Notes under the pieces: model-generated | Database searches by the model: none | What the model saw: only the letters and a program-made list of their open reading frames with translations | What the model was told of the DNA's origin: nothing | Shown here: positions 54,004-64,000 of the stretch, piece after piece | Numbering within the stretch: position 1 is the first letter of the stretch | How the letters are laid out: each line of letters starts with the position of its first letter | Assembly (NCBI GenBank): GCA_964019335.1 | Contig: OZ025686.1 | Coordinates: 310,001-374,000 of the forward strand | Direction: 5' to 3' | Origin: Diplonema japonicum | Lineage: Eukaryota > Protista > Euglenozoa: Diplonemea | DNA: 64,000 bases | Made by a program: the position numbers and the translations under genes

Positions 54004-54511
54004 AAAAAGGAGGAGTGTGGGTGTGGGGGGGGGGGGGGGGGGGTTGCTGACATGTATCGGTAGCGGTTTGATTGTACAGGTTACTTTTTTTCCCCCCTCT
54101 TTTTTTCCCCTTCTTTCCTTTGAAAAAAAAAAGGGAAAAAAAAAAAACTTCCCCCAAATCGCCATCGAAGGAAAACTGGTGAAACTCGGTATAATTCTTT
54201 TTTTTTTTGAATAAAGATACGACGCCCCCGCACTACGCACTTCCTCTCTCTCCCCCCCCCCCCCCCCCCCGGGGGGAGGGGGGGGGGGGGGGGGTCAGTG
54301 ATAAAAGGCTTCAAAGGCATCATTCTTACAGAGAAAAAGAAAAGTGGCGCATAAAAAAAAGAAGTCAAAATTTGAAGGGAGAGGGAAAAAAAACAATGAG
54401 GCGGGGTGTCATCGAACACAGTAGGGGACAAAAAAAAAAACTAGGGGAAGGATAATAAAAAAAATAAAATAAAATAAAAAAGCGAGAAGTTCAAAAGGTT
54501 TATAAAAAATT

Positions 54512-54850
54512 TCAACATTGCTGGTCAGGACTCGCTACTTGAAACGCCATCTGTGGTGCAGAAGGAGGTAGCGGCGCAGCCTCGCAGCATTCGTCATCAG
54601 CACGTGCCAGAGAGGCAGTGGCTACCGCAGGTATAGGCACACCCTGCACCGCTTCGCGTGTTGGGGGCACTCGAGTAGCTTCAACAACCTTTTAAAAAAA
54701 AATCGTGAAACAAAAAAAAAAAGACAAAAAATCACTACACACCTGAATTTCCTGAGCTTCCAGAATCTTGGCTGCGAAGTGCTGCCTGCGTTTCATGAGG
54801 TAGAAGTGCGTCCCTACCGACAAGGCAGCAAGGAAAACAGCTACACCTGA

Positions 54851-54890
<40 letters not shown>

Positions 54891-55753
54891 CCATATAAAA
54901 GAAATATAAACATACCAACAGCAACCCCAATGACGGTCCCATGCCAGTTCTTATGGTCCGACTTGGGTTCTTTCCATTCCGGGCAGCCAGACAAGATCTT
55001 GGCGTTGCTAACTTTGAAGTCTTCAGGCGATCTGTTTATAGTCTCGTAGGTCCCAGTGTCGGTCCGTTGTGTGACGGTTGTCCTTGCCTGTGCGTAGAAT
55101 CCAGGCCCGGCAGAAGATGATGGGATGTTCTCGACACCAGCTGCGGCCCGGTTTATCTTCCCCTCGTCGTCTCGCTCAAAGAGAAGGACCTTTATCTTTT
55201 CCTCATAGACCGTCTGCCCTGCGTCCTTCACGGAAAACCGTACCTGGGGCTCGGAGGTGGGTAGCAAGATAGCCGAACCATGATATTCACTTGAGTAGGT
55301 TTTGGCAGAGTTCACATCCATATAGGAGTACTTGTAGCTGTACTCCAGGCGTGTGGTTAGAGAGCATGCATCAGAGAAGTCAAAGAAATCATCTTCATAC
55401 TGTGTGTTATGGACGTCATGCTCGATGTGGCAAAAGGTTCGGTGCCGTGTGCAGTTGCCATTTGTCCACCAAGTGAGAGTGCCCTTTGCCTTGTTTCTTC
55501 CGAGTATGCTCAGAAGCCGGTTACAGTGAAAAAGGCTGGAGTCGAAGAAGGTGCGAGGACACCTGCTGAACGAGGACTCCTGGCACATCTGGTCCCCGTT
55601 GTAGGGGTAGCATACGTCGTTCGTGTGCTGCAACGGTTTTGCACCATTTCTTTGAACATTGTCCTCACGGCCTTGCTTCAAAGCACCGAACACAGCATCG
55701 TGTCTCTCACCCGTGACGCACAGAACAGACGTGAGGAGCACAGCAGCCAACAT
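54512..55753 (-). CDS. Type I membrane protein with Cys-rich ectodomain (3 exons)
   Basis: Signal peptide; TM restored by removing intron 54847-54915; intron 54689-54742 leads to a Pro/Ala-rich tail ending at 54512. Confidence 0.75.
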
Positions 55754-55815
55754 TTTTTTTTTTTTTTTTTTTGTTGTTGCTGTGTATTATTTATTTTATT
55801 TTTGATTGACTCCTC

Positions 55816-55858
<43 letters not shown>

Positions 55859-55902
55859 TGCAGGAAATGAAAAAAGAAAAGAAAAAGAAAAAATGTTTAA
55901 CC

Positions 55903-57735
55903 CTACATCCCCACCACGGACAAACTGCACTCGTCTAGCAGTGTCACAGAGCGCCTCCCCTTCGACATCACCTTTTCGGCGACGGACCCACGCCGCTCAC
56001 GCTCGCCGTCTCGCTCTGCAGGTAGCTTTGACGAAAAAGGCAACCACCAGTTCGGGTTGTAACTGTAAGGCACGTGAGGTGTTTCCTTAAAGTACTCCAA
56101 CCGCGACTCAAACAACGGTGGACACAACGTGTAAACGTCGGTATCGTGAGACATGAGGTTTGAATGCGAGTTGGGGAGCTCAGGGTTCACCCACGGCGAG
56201 AGGAAACACGGTATGTCGGCCTTGTGCAGGTAGTCCTTTACGGCTGTGTGTACAGAGGACGACAGCGCAACCTCCCCGCCACGTGCCGACCCACACAGCA
56301 ACACCGCCTTCATGACTGAGAAGCCATGGTAGTAAAAACCCCCCGAACCATCTGGTTCCTGCCAAGCGTCGCCTTCATAAACCCCCATGCGGCATCGTAT
56401 CCCTCGCAAAGCGTTCTCGTGTCTGACAGGGCCGCCGAACTCTTCAACGATCTTGCGTAAGTCAAAGAGGTCGTTCCACACGGGCAGAACAGGGAGCCTG
56501 CCTTCTATTGATTCAGATTCCTCGCATGTTTCCAACTCGTCAGGCCACGGGAGGTAGTGGAGCATGGTTTGAACCGAGAGGCACCACTGCACACATTCTT
56601 CGGGGGACTTGAACCTGACAAGCATGTTGCCGTGGTGGAACGTGTCGGGGGCTTCCTTCACGATGGAGCCTGTATGGCTGTGGTTCAATGACGCTCTTAT
56701 CGAACCGACGAACATTTGGTAAAGCCCGGGCATCACCGAGGAGTGCTTTGCGAACAGTTTCTTCGCCCCGTACAGCTCCAGACACACCACCGTCACGGGT
56801 TCCACCCTTTCCGCGCCGTGTTGCGCCAGCACCGCCGCAATTTCCTGGCAGATTACGGTTGACGACCGGGCCCTGTTGTGAAGCGATTCGCGTTTTTGGC
56901 CGTTTTGTTGCACGGTAAGCTTTGCCTTGGCCTCGGCTGCCTTAACCCTAACCTGAAGCAGTTCGTAATGTTCGAGCAGGCCTTCCATCGAATCCTTCAA
57001 GATTTTCACGCTTAAACAGTGTTCCGCCATGATGTTCGCCAGCTCCTTGTCCTTGATCTCCGAGATCTTGATGAACAACGCTTGCAAGGTGTCCACCGTA
57101 GTGCACAGCTTTGACACTGTCTCATGCACAGGGGTTGGCTTCTCCTTGCAGCTGATCTGGTAGTTAAGCAACACATCTGGAAAGAAAAAACCCATGTCGC
57201 CGGACATTTGTTCATCATTGAAGATAGAATGAGATCTCCTGTCCTGCCCCGCAGGGGGTGCCCGGGGCAACATTGGTGTCAATGATACCCCCGCGGATAA
57301 GGAGAATGCCATCGGGGGTGAATTAGGGGACAATGGGATCCCTGTTGAGCTCAGTGGGAGACAGGGCACACTGTCATCGCATTCCATACCTGCCCTGTCG
57401 TTGTAGGTCTTGCTGTACTCTATCACCTCAGTCATTCCGGCCTCGTACATGTTGATTTGTGTCAGGAGGTCGTTAAGTTTCTCGCCGAGGTTTTTTATGC
57501 TGTTTTTCTTGGTCAGTGTCTCCGTGCCGTTCGTGTTGTCGCCTTCGTTGACCAGGCACGACATGATGCTGTCCAAGCCAGAATCGCTCCTGTGCCGTGG
57601 TGCTGTCGTTGTCTTTTTGAGGTGTTTTGGCGGCTGCGCCGCCACCTTGGCGAGCGTCCGAGAGACGTGGGGTGGCTTCACCCTTCGAACACGCTTCAGG
57701 GGTGCCTCTGTAACCGATCTTCGTTGATTAAACAT
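55903..57735 (-). CDS. Class III nucleotide cyclase-like protein, probably inactive
   Basis: PVTVVCLEL, RGIRCRMGVYEG, YYHGFSVMKA...ARGGEVALS follow the cyclase pattern, but catalytic residues are substituted. Confidence 0.75.
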   Translation of the reverse strand: MFNQRRSVTEAPLKRVRRVKPPHVSRTLAKVAAQPPKHLKKTTTAPRHRSDSGLDSIMSCLVNEGDNTNGTETLTKKNSIKNLGEKLNDLLTQINMYEAGMTEVIEYSKTYNDRAGMECDDSVPCLPLSSTGIPLSPNSPPMAFSLSAGVSLTPMLPRAPPAGQDRRSHSIFNDEQMSGDMGFFFPDVLLNYQISCKEKPTPVHETVSKLCTTVDTLQALFIKISEIKDKELANIMAEHCLSVKILKDSMEGLLEHYELLQVRVKAAEAKAKLTVQQNGQKRESLHNRARSSTVICQEIAAVLAQHGAERVEPVTVVCLELYGAKKLFAKHSSVMPGLYQMFVGSIRASLNHSHTGSIVKEAPDTFHHGNMLVRFKSPEECVQWCLSVQTMLHYLPWPDELETCEESESIEGRLPVLPVWNDLFDLRKIVEEFGGPVRHENALRGIRCRMGVYEGDAWQEPDGSGGFYYHGFSVMKAVLLCGSARGGEVALSSSVHTAVKDYLHKADIPCFLSPWVNPELPNSHSNLMSHDTDVYTLCPPLFESRLEYFKETPHVPYSYNPNWWLPFSSKLPAERDGERERRGSVAEKVMSKGRRSVTLLDECSLSVVGM

Positions 57736-59879
57736 TTTTTTTTTTCCTTTTTTTTTTTTAAAAAATTTTTTTTAATTTGTTTAGACAAGTCAAAGACCTC
57801 TTTCTTGCAAAAGAGGAACTGGGCCCTCTTTGTTTGTACGTGCCGGGTAAAACATGGAGAAGTTTGTCAACTCGAACGTTGCCAACGTTTTCCTCTTTTT
57901 TTTTTTGTTTTAACAATATTATTGTCGAGACTAAAAACTAGTTGATGGCAGCGTAATGAGCTATTTTATTAGGTAAAATTCCGCTCGTGCGCACAAACAA
58001 ATGGAGCGCCAAACTAGTTTTTCCCCCCATTGTTGCAGAAATTTTTCGTGAATAGGAAAGAACAATAAAAAAAAAAAAAAAAGAAGGGGAAAAAAAAAAA
58101 AAAAAAAAAACCAAGAGTTGCCCTCTCAGCTATAGTACTCACCATGTGCTGGAAGGAAGTGAGAGGAGGGAGGGGACATGGGGACTTTTTATTTTTGGAA
58201 TATGAAACGGGGGGGTGACAGAGCGAGAAACGGAGGGGGAAGAGAAAAAGATATCACAAAAAAAAAAGAAGAAAATTGGAAGAATCGCAGGACCAATATG
58301 GTTGAAGCAGAGAAAAGGTGATGCTTAAAGGCAAAATCCCACTTTAGGACTACCCTTAGGGGAAAAAAAAAATTAAAAAGTAAAAGGGCGACAGTTGAGT
58401 GTCACACCATCCTTTGTTATTTTATTTCTTAAACTTAAAACATCCTCTTCCCTTATCGACTTCCCTTTTGTTGTTTGTTTTGTTTTTGCGTTGGCCACTT
58501 TTCTTTCCCTTTCTTCTTCCTAGGGCCCTCCCTCTCGTTTAGTGGGGGAAGAGAAAAAAAAAAAATGCAAACCTCAAAAAGAAAAAAAAAGTGTAACTCC
58601 CAATCAAAGGACCAGTATTTCCCAGCCACTCGGCAAACGGAAAAGAAAAAGATTTTTTTTTTGAGGCTGACCGTATTATTTTTTTTTTTTTGAAGAGGAG
58701 AGGGAATAATGTTTTGAGTGCTTTCTTTGGTATTTTTTTTTTCTTTTTTTTTTTTTCTGTACTTCGGATAAGGCACACGCTTTTCCTTGACCAGTAAGCA
58801 TGTTCTCCTTTTTTTTCTTTCTTTTTTTCTTCTCCTTCGTTTGTGAAGGAATCAAAGGGATTCACTTTCTGTTCTATTTTTTTTTTTTTTTTTTGCTTGG
58901 TACCTTTTTTTTTTTTTTTTTTTTCAACCCTCACACCTAGTCCTCTCATCCTGCTTTCCTGTTGGACCTTAAGCTACACATTCAGAAAAAGGGAACGCGA
59001 GGCAGAACATCAGGGAGGTATATAAAAATAAATAAATAAAAAATGCTAGGTGGGGGAAAGAAGGGTGGGAACGAAAAAAAAAAAGTGTTTCTTTTTTTTC
59101 CCCCGTTCATTTTTTCTGTTTAACTTGCTGCAGCGTGCCTCGGATTTACTGAGTTCTCAAGTCACTGGTGCCATGGTCAATGAGGATTGTCCGGAGCTAT
59201 AATAATATAATAATATAAGGAACGTCCAGTTGGAGCTCTATTCTAGAATATTGTAAAATCAATTTCATCCCCCCCCCCCCGGACTTTTCTTTCTTTTCAT
59301 TTCTTCCTTTCTCGACTCAAAAAAAAGAAGAAGGAAACAGTTTTTTTGCGAGACAAAAGAAACCAGTTGGCAGCAACACTATAATAAATATAAAAGAGAT
59401 GACCTGCAACGATCAAAGGGAGGGAAGAAAAAAAAAACCCATCAACATGACGGGGGAGAAGTGTCAGCAACGACCCCACCACAAAATGGAAAGGAAAAAA
59501 AGAAAGGAATGGGAATGTGACAAAGCAAGTGGAGCAGAAAGGGGAGAGAGGAGGGGGTAAAAAAAAATGAGGGAGACTGAATAGAAAAGGGATACTTTTT
59601 TTAAGAAAAGAGGGGTAGTTTTTACCCGTTCCTTTGTGTGAACAAACGAGAAAAAAAAAAAGGAAAAAAGAAAGACATCCCCATTGGTTTTTTTCTCCCC
59701 CCTATTTAATTTTTTTTCCCCCCCTTCCCCCTGCCCCATCCTTTCTGCCATATTCAAATTTTATAGTTAACTTACAACAAAAAAGATTTTTTTTTTTTCC
59801 AAACTAACTTACTACTTTTTTTTTTTTTTTTTTTTTCTTCCTCCCACACCATGTTCTAATTCAATTCATTCGGAGGAAG

Positions 59880-59922
<43 letters not shown>

Positions 59923-61893
59923 CTACTCATTCTCGTCACAAGGCAACCTGTTCTCTATTTGTGAGAACGAAGGGCGCTTTGAAGGCGACGATGTCCAACA
60001 GCTTTCTATCACGTTAGCCACGACAGCGGGAAGTGTCGTAGGAATGCGCGGGCGAATGCCGTAGGTCACCCCTGAAGCAACCTGCGCACTCCGTCCACGA
60101 ATGGCAAGCGACGCAAGATGCGCTGACGGGGGCGGTGCCTCGTCGTAATCTGCAGGCTTTGGCTCTCTACCTGTGAACAAAAAGTACAAAACCATCCCCA
60201 TGGCAAACACATCACTCCGGACCGAGTTCTTTTTCCCATTAAAAACCTCTGGTGCCATGTACATCAACGACCCCCTTCGGCCTTTCACCATTGACACCGG
60301 AAGGGTCAACCCATAATCGCCCACCACTGCGTGGCCATCTCGTATAAAAATATTTGAACAGTTTAAATCGCAATGAACCATGCCTGCTTCTTCGATTGCT
60401 CGCATACCAGTGCAGACTTCATGAGCAATGCGGGTAGCGTCGTTGAGTTTTAAACCGTTTTCACCGGATTCTAAGATGTGTTCTTTGAGGGTCTTGTCGC
60501 AGAGTTCTGTGATGATCCCGCACAGACCGGGGACCACGCCGAGAAGTTTGAGGTTGTGGGGCATGTTGTTTGTTGCTGATAATGCCGCCACCTCTTTTTT
60601 ATACTGCTCCTCCTTGTTCTGAAGGGTTTTTTTCAAAACCTTCACGGCAACCATTTCACAGTTGAGCCGGGCTCTGTACACAATACCATGCGCGCCCTGT
60701 CCCAAAATATTTTTCGGGTCCGAGAGATTAACATCGATGTCCGCCCATTTATAAACAGGGGGTTTCCATGCATCCCTGATGAAAGCTGAAGAACCCGACT
60801 GCCCGAGATGCACTCCAAAGCGGAAGTTGCCACGTGGGAGGTTGAAGCATTCGGGGTTTCTCCCTTCCCTCCATGAGAATTCAGCTGTGTTCTTCACGAT
60901 TTTAACAACAACCTCTGTGTTTGCAGGAAGCTTTTCAGACGGAAGTTCTTGTATGAGCTCTCCGTCTTGAAGAAATGAAACACCGGTATCCTCGGATGAC
61001 ATCATGGTTATCCCGGACTCTGTGATTCCAAAACTGTCTTCTTCAACAACGGCGACTGCTGTAGTTGCACCGTCCAGCACCACGCGGAACTCATGGCAGT
61101 CGGATGAGCTCACTACCTCTCGTGTCACCACTGTTGTCGGTTCCAGGATTTTCACGCTTTTCTCTCCGACGTTCTCCGCAATTTGATTGAACGTAAAGCC
61201 TTTTTCAGCGCTGTACATCTCCTTTGGAGCACGGCCCACCACAGTCACTATATCTTGGTAAGGTGGACCTCTCACGTCTTCCTTGTCACCATTGTCCCAC
61301 AACACTGTAAACGACCCGCTGGTGTGTTTGGGATGGGTTAGAACAAGACCTTCTTCTGTTTTAGGTCTCTCCTTATTATTCATAGTCGGCCCCGACACAA
61401 TTTTAGAACCCACTGCTGGGAGGTACGGTTTCCCGGTGCAGTACGAACACAGGACATGGGAATGGGTTGAGCACCACTGAACGTGGGTAGCCGTTGTTCC
61501 GCATACCGTGCAGGTTGCAGGGAGAATGGACAGTTTTAGTTTGCAGCCTTCCGGGCATAATCGTTCCGTGTGTGATGGGAAGGTTGCAAGGGGAAATTCC
61601 ATTGTGGTGGTGGTGGTTATTTTGATTACAACTGTGTTTTTTCGGAGGGTATGGACCACACCCATTTTGGGCCAGCTGTGGTTCATCTTGCTTGTGACCC
61701 TGCGAAGTCGGTCGTCGGAGCTGAGTGGCAGCTGAACTACAGCGCCTACCTTTAGTATGTTGCATGTGACGTCACGGTGTTCTTTTAGAAGGCTTTCCGA
61801 GCCTTTCTTCATGAGCGTTGCAGGGGGTATGGAGTGCTTTTTTACGTACAGCGGTTTTATCTGTTGATTTTCCTTTGCTGTACATTGTCCCAT
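59923..61893 (-). CDS. TKL-like protein kinase with N-terminal Cys-rich and Mib/Herc2-like segments
   Basis: MGQC acylation-type start; LGQGAHGIVY, VAVK, VHCDLN, DYG, YMAPE, CW...RPSF. Confidence 0.85.
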   Translation of the reverse strand: MGQCTAKENQQIKPLYVKKHSIPPATLMKKGSESLLKEHRDVTCNILKVGAVVQLPLSSDDRLRRVTSKMNHSWPKMGVVHTLRKNTVVIKITTTTTMEFPLATFPSHTERLCPEGCKLKLSILPATCTVCGTTATHVQWCSTHSHVLCSYCTGKPYLPAVGSKIVSGPTMNNKERPKTEEGLVLTHPKHTSGSFTVLWDNGDKEDVRGPPYQDIVTVVGRAPKEMYSAEKGFTFNQIAENVGEKSVKILEPTTVVTREVVSSSDCHEFRVVLDGATTAVAVVEEDSFGITESGITMMSSEDTGVSFLQDGELIQELPSEKLPANTEVVVKIVKNTAEFSWREGRNPECFNLPRGNFRFGVHLGQSGSSAFIRDAWKPPVYKWADIDVNLSDPKNILGQGAHGIVYRARLNCEMVAVKVLKKTLQNKEEQYKKEVAALSATNNMPHNLKLLGVVPGLCGIITELCDKTLKEHILESGENGLKLNDATRIAHEVCTGMRAIEEAGMVHCDLNCSNIFIRDGHAVVGDYGLTLPVSMVKGRRGSLMYMAPEVFNGKKNSVRSDVFAMGMVLYFLFTGREPKPADYDEAPPPSAHLASLAIRGRSAQVASGVTYGIRPRIPTTLPAVVANVIESCWTSSPSKRPSFSQIENRLPCDENE

Positions 61894-62261
61894 TTTTCTT
61901 TTTTTTTCTCGCCCCTGCCTCCTTTTTTTTTTTTGTGGTTTTTTAGAGTAACAATAAATAAGAGAGAAAAAAAAAAGATTTCGAAAAGAGAAAAAAAAAA
62001 AAAGAAGTAATAAAAAAAGGCAAAAACGGAGAGGGAATAAAAAGCAAAAGTAAAAACGGAGTGCCAAAAAAAAAAAAGAAAGGAAAAAAAAAAGTACCTC
62101 TCGAATGGGGCCAAATAGAAAGTTTTTTTTTGTTTCGTTGTTTTTTTTTTTTTTTTTTTTTTTTTTTTCCTTCTTTATTTTGGTTCATAAAAAAATAAAA
62201 ATAATGCGGAGAGGGGTGGGGGTATGGTAACAACAAGTTAAGAAAAAAAATTTGGGTGTGT

Positions 62262-62304
<43 letters not shown>

Positions 62305-62544
62305 CTCTTTCGGAATAAAACGAAACGGAGATAAAAAAGTTTTTCAAAAGAATAGGGGAAAAAAAGTAATAAAAGAGTTCAGATCCGCAGACACTTTACG
62401 GATCTGAAGCGTTAACCTTTTCCTTATAAAATGCAAAGGGGGGCAGGGTTTAGAGATCAGAGTGGATCTCTATAAATTAAAATGGGTGTTACAAACAAAT
62501 CAGGTTAACCTTTTTTTTCTTTTTTTCTTATTCTTCAATCAAAT

Positions 62545-63195
62545 TCAGTAGTACAGCCTGGGGGAGCCAAGAGCGGCATCAACGTAAGCCCTGCGAACGG
62601 AGGCGCTGGCAACAGCGTTGGCGACAGCTGCGTTGGTGGCGACGGCATTGGCAGATGCGACAGCGTTGGCAGAGGCGACGGCATTGGCGGAGGCAACAGC
62701 GTTGGCAGTGTGGATGGCGTTCGCGGTGTTGATGGCATTTGCAGTCGCAACGGCGTTGGCGTTGGCCTCGACGGCACGTGCAGTGATAGCAGCCTCAGTC
62801 GCGCGGGCGTTGGCGTTGGCAATGGCATTGGCTTCGACGATACGGGCAGAGGTGCTCGCAGCAATGAGGTCGGCTTCGGCAGCCACAGCGATCCTGGATG
62901 CCACAGACGCCGTTGACGACCCGTACAGCCCGTAGGGGTAGGCGGCCAGCCTGGGCGACAGAGGAGCGTAGGTGGCGGCCGCTGCCGCGGCCCCCGCCGC
63001 CCTCACCTCCGCCGCGGCCGCTGCCGCGGCCGCCGCGGCCACCCTCGGGCTCGACACAATGGGCGTGTGCACCAAGGGCACCACTGCCCTCGGCGACAAG
63101 GCAACAGCCGTCGCCAACGGTGAGATGGATCCGAGCCTGGGGGACACGGGCACAACAACAGGGCTGCCGGAGATCGAGTCGTACACAACAGACAT
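62545..63195 (-). CDS. Ala-rich repetitive protein (ANAVAS hexads, SPR motifs)
   Basis: 216-aa ORF after A-run; 18-nt degenerate repeats at ~62610-62830. Confidence 0.75.
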   Translation of the reverse strand: MSVVYDSISGSPVVVPVSPRLGSISPLATAVALSPRAVVPLVHTPIVSSPRVAAAAAAAAAAEVRAAGAAAAAATYAPLSPRLAAYPYGLYGSSTASVASRIAVAAEADLIAASTSARIVEANAIANANARATEAAITARAVEANANAVATANAINTANAIHTANAVASANAVASANAVASANAVATNAAVANAVASASVRRAYVDAALGSPRLYY

Positions 63196-63429
63196 TTTTT
63201 TTTTTTTTTTTTTTTAAATGGAAGAGAAGGAAGCTTTTTTTTGTTGGATGTGGTATTACGATGGAGGGGGGTCTGAAATAATAATAATAATAATAATGAC
63301 AAAAATGTAACAAAACGCTGTGATTGATAACCAGAAGGATGGGGGGTAATAAAAAAAAAAAGCAAAAGAAAAATGGACGGATAAAAGGGGGCGTAAAAAA
63401 AATAATAAATGCATCTTTGCGTGCGTCTC

Positions 63430-64000
63430 TTAGGCTTGGGGGATCGTGACTGCGGACGCAAGGACCTGCTGGACATCCTGAGGCAAGGTGGACGCCACAG
63501 CACGGATGGCGGCAGGGTTCTCCGTCGCGACCTTCTGCAGGGTGCTGGTGAGCTCGACCTAATTTAATTTTCTCGTTTTTTTTTCTTCTTTGCAATACCT
63601 TAATCTCTGGCTGTGTAAATTCATGTGCAAGACCCTTGGCGAGACACTGCAGGATCTGGGGGAGAAGAGGAACAGACACATCGTGCATCGTCTCCAGCAC
63701 GAGCTTCACGGTGGAGTACACATTTTCATTCTCTGTGAAGTCAGCTTTGAGGGGCACATGCGGCAGGATAACTGGCATGGTCTGCAGAAGGAAACACGCA
63801 GCAGGGTTGCACTTGATCATCCTGCACAGTGCCGAGACGGCGTTGTCCACGGCTTCCTTCCGCTCGCCTTCCCTGCCGATGATCTCTCCAAGGAGAGGGA
63901 GGATGGTGGGGTAGAACGGGAAGGCCTCCTGCAGGCCACCCTTGCAAGTCACACCAACGGTGAAACAAGAGTTGGAACGAACCCCGCTGTCTGTCGATTT
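63430..64000 (-). CDS. IPO4: Importin-4-like karyopherin, 3' part
   Basis: VRSNSCFTVGV, DNAVSALCRMI, VPLKADFTEN; intron 63559-63598; frame open to window end. Confidence 0.75.

Overview
Eukaryotic, gene-dense nuclear DNA, most likely from a diplonemid (Euglenozoa). Essentially all of the ~36 protein genes lie head-to-tail on the minus strand, a polycistronic-type cluster. Introns are tiny (34-69 nt) GT-AG, and a diplonemid-type spliced-leader (SL) exon is present. Recognisable genes: papain-family protease, divergent H3 and H2B variants, two identical GSTs, a 2351-aa secreted protein with bacterial-type repeats, MTFP1, TRM6, NAE1, a DDX21-like helicase, a CLK/KKT10-19-like kinase, a kelch protein, myosin, two RPS17, TMEM147, SWI3/SMARCC, tRNA isopentenyltransferase, GrpE, LSM3, a pseudo-cyclase, a TKL kinase and importin-4. 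The most unusual object is a decayed APE-endonuclease non-LTR retroelement (27270-30714, minus strand). It begins with the SL exon plus its GTAT donor, which can be locked in an 11-bp hairpin. It carries a 2A-like peptide, ends in a T-tract rather than poly(A), and its apparent 3' end recurs as a 43-bp solo copy at 53961-54003. Also present are a Helentron/HINE-like non-autonomous element (19528-20160) and a shuffled set of local gene duplications around it. All assignments come from reading motifs by eye; no database searches were run, and homopolymer lengths may contain sequencing errors.
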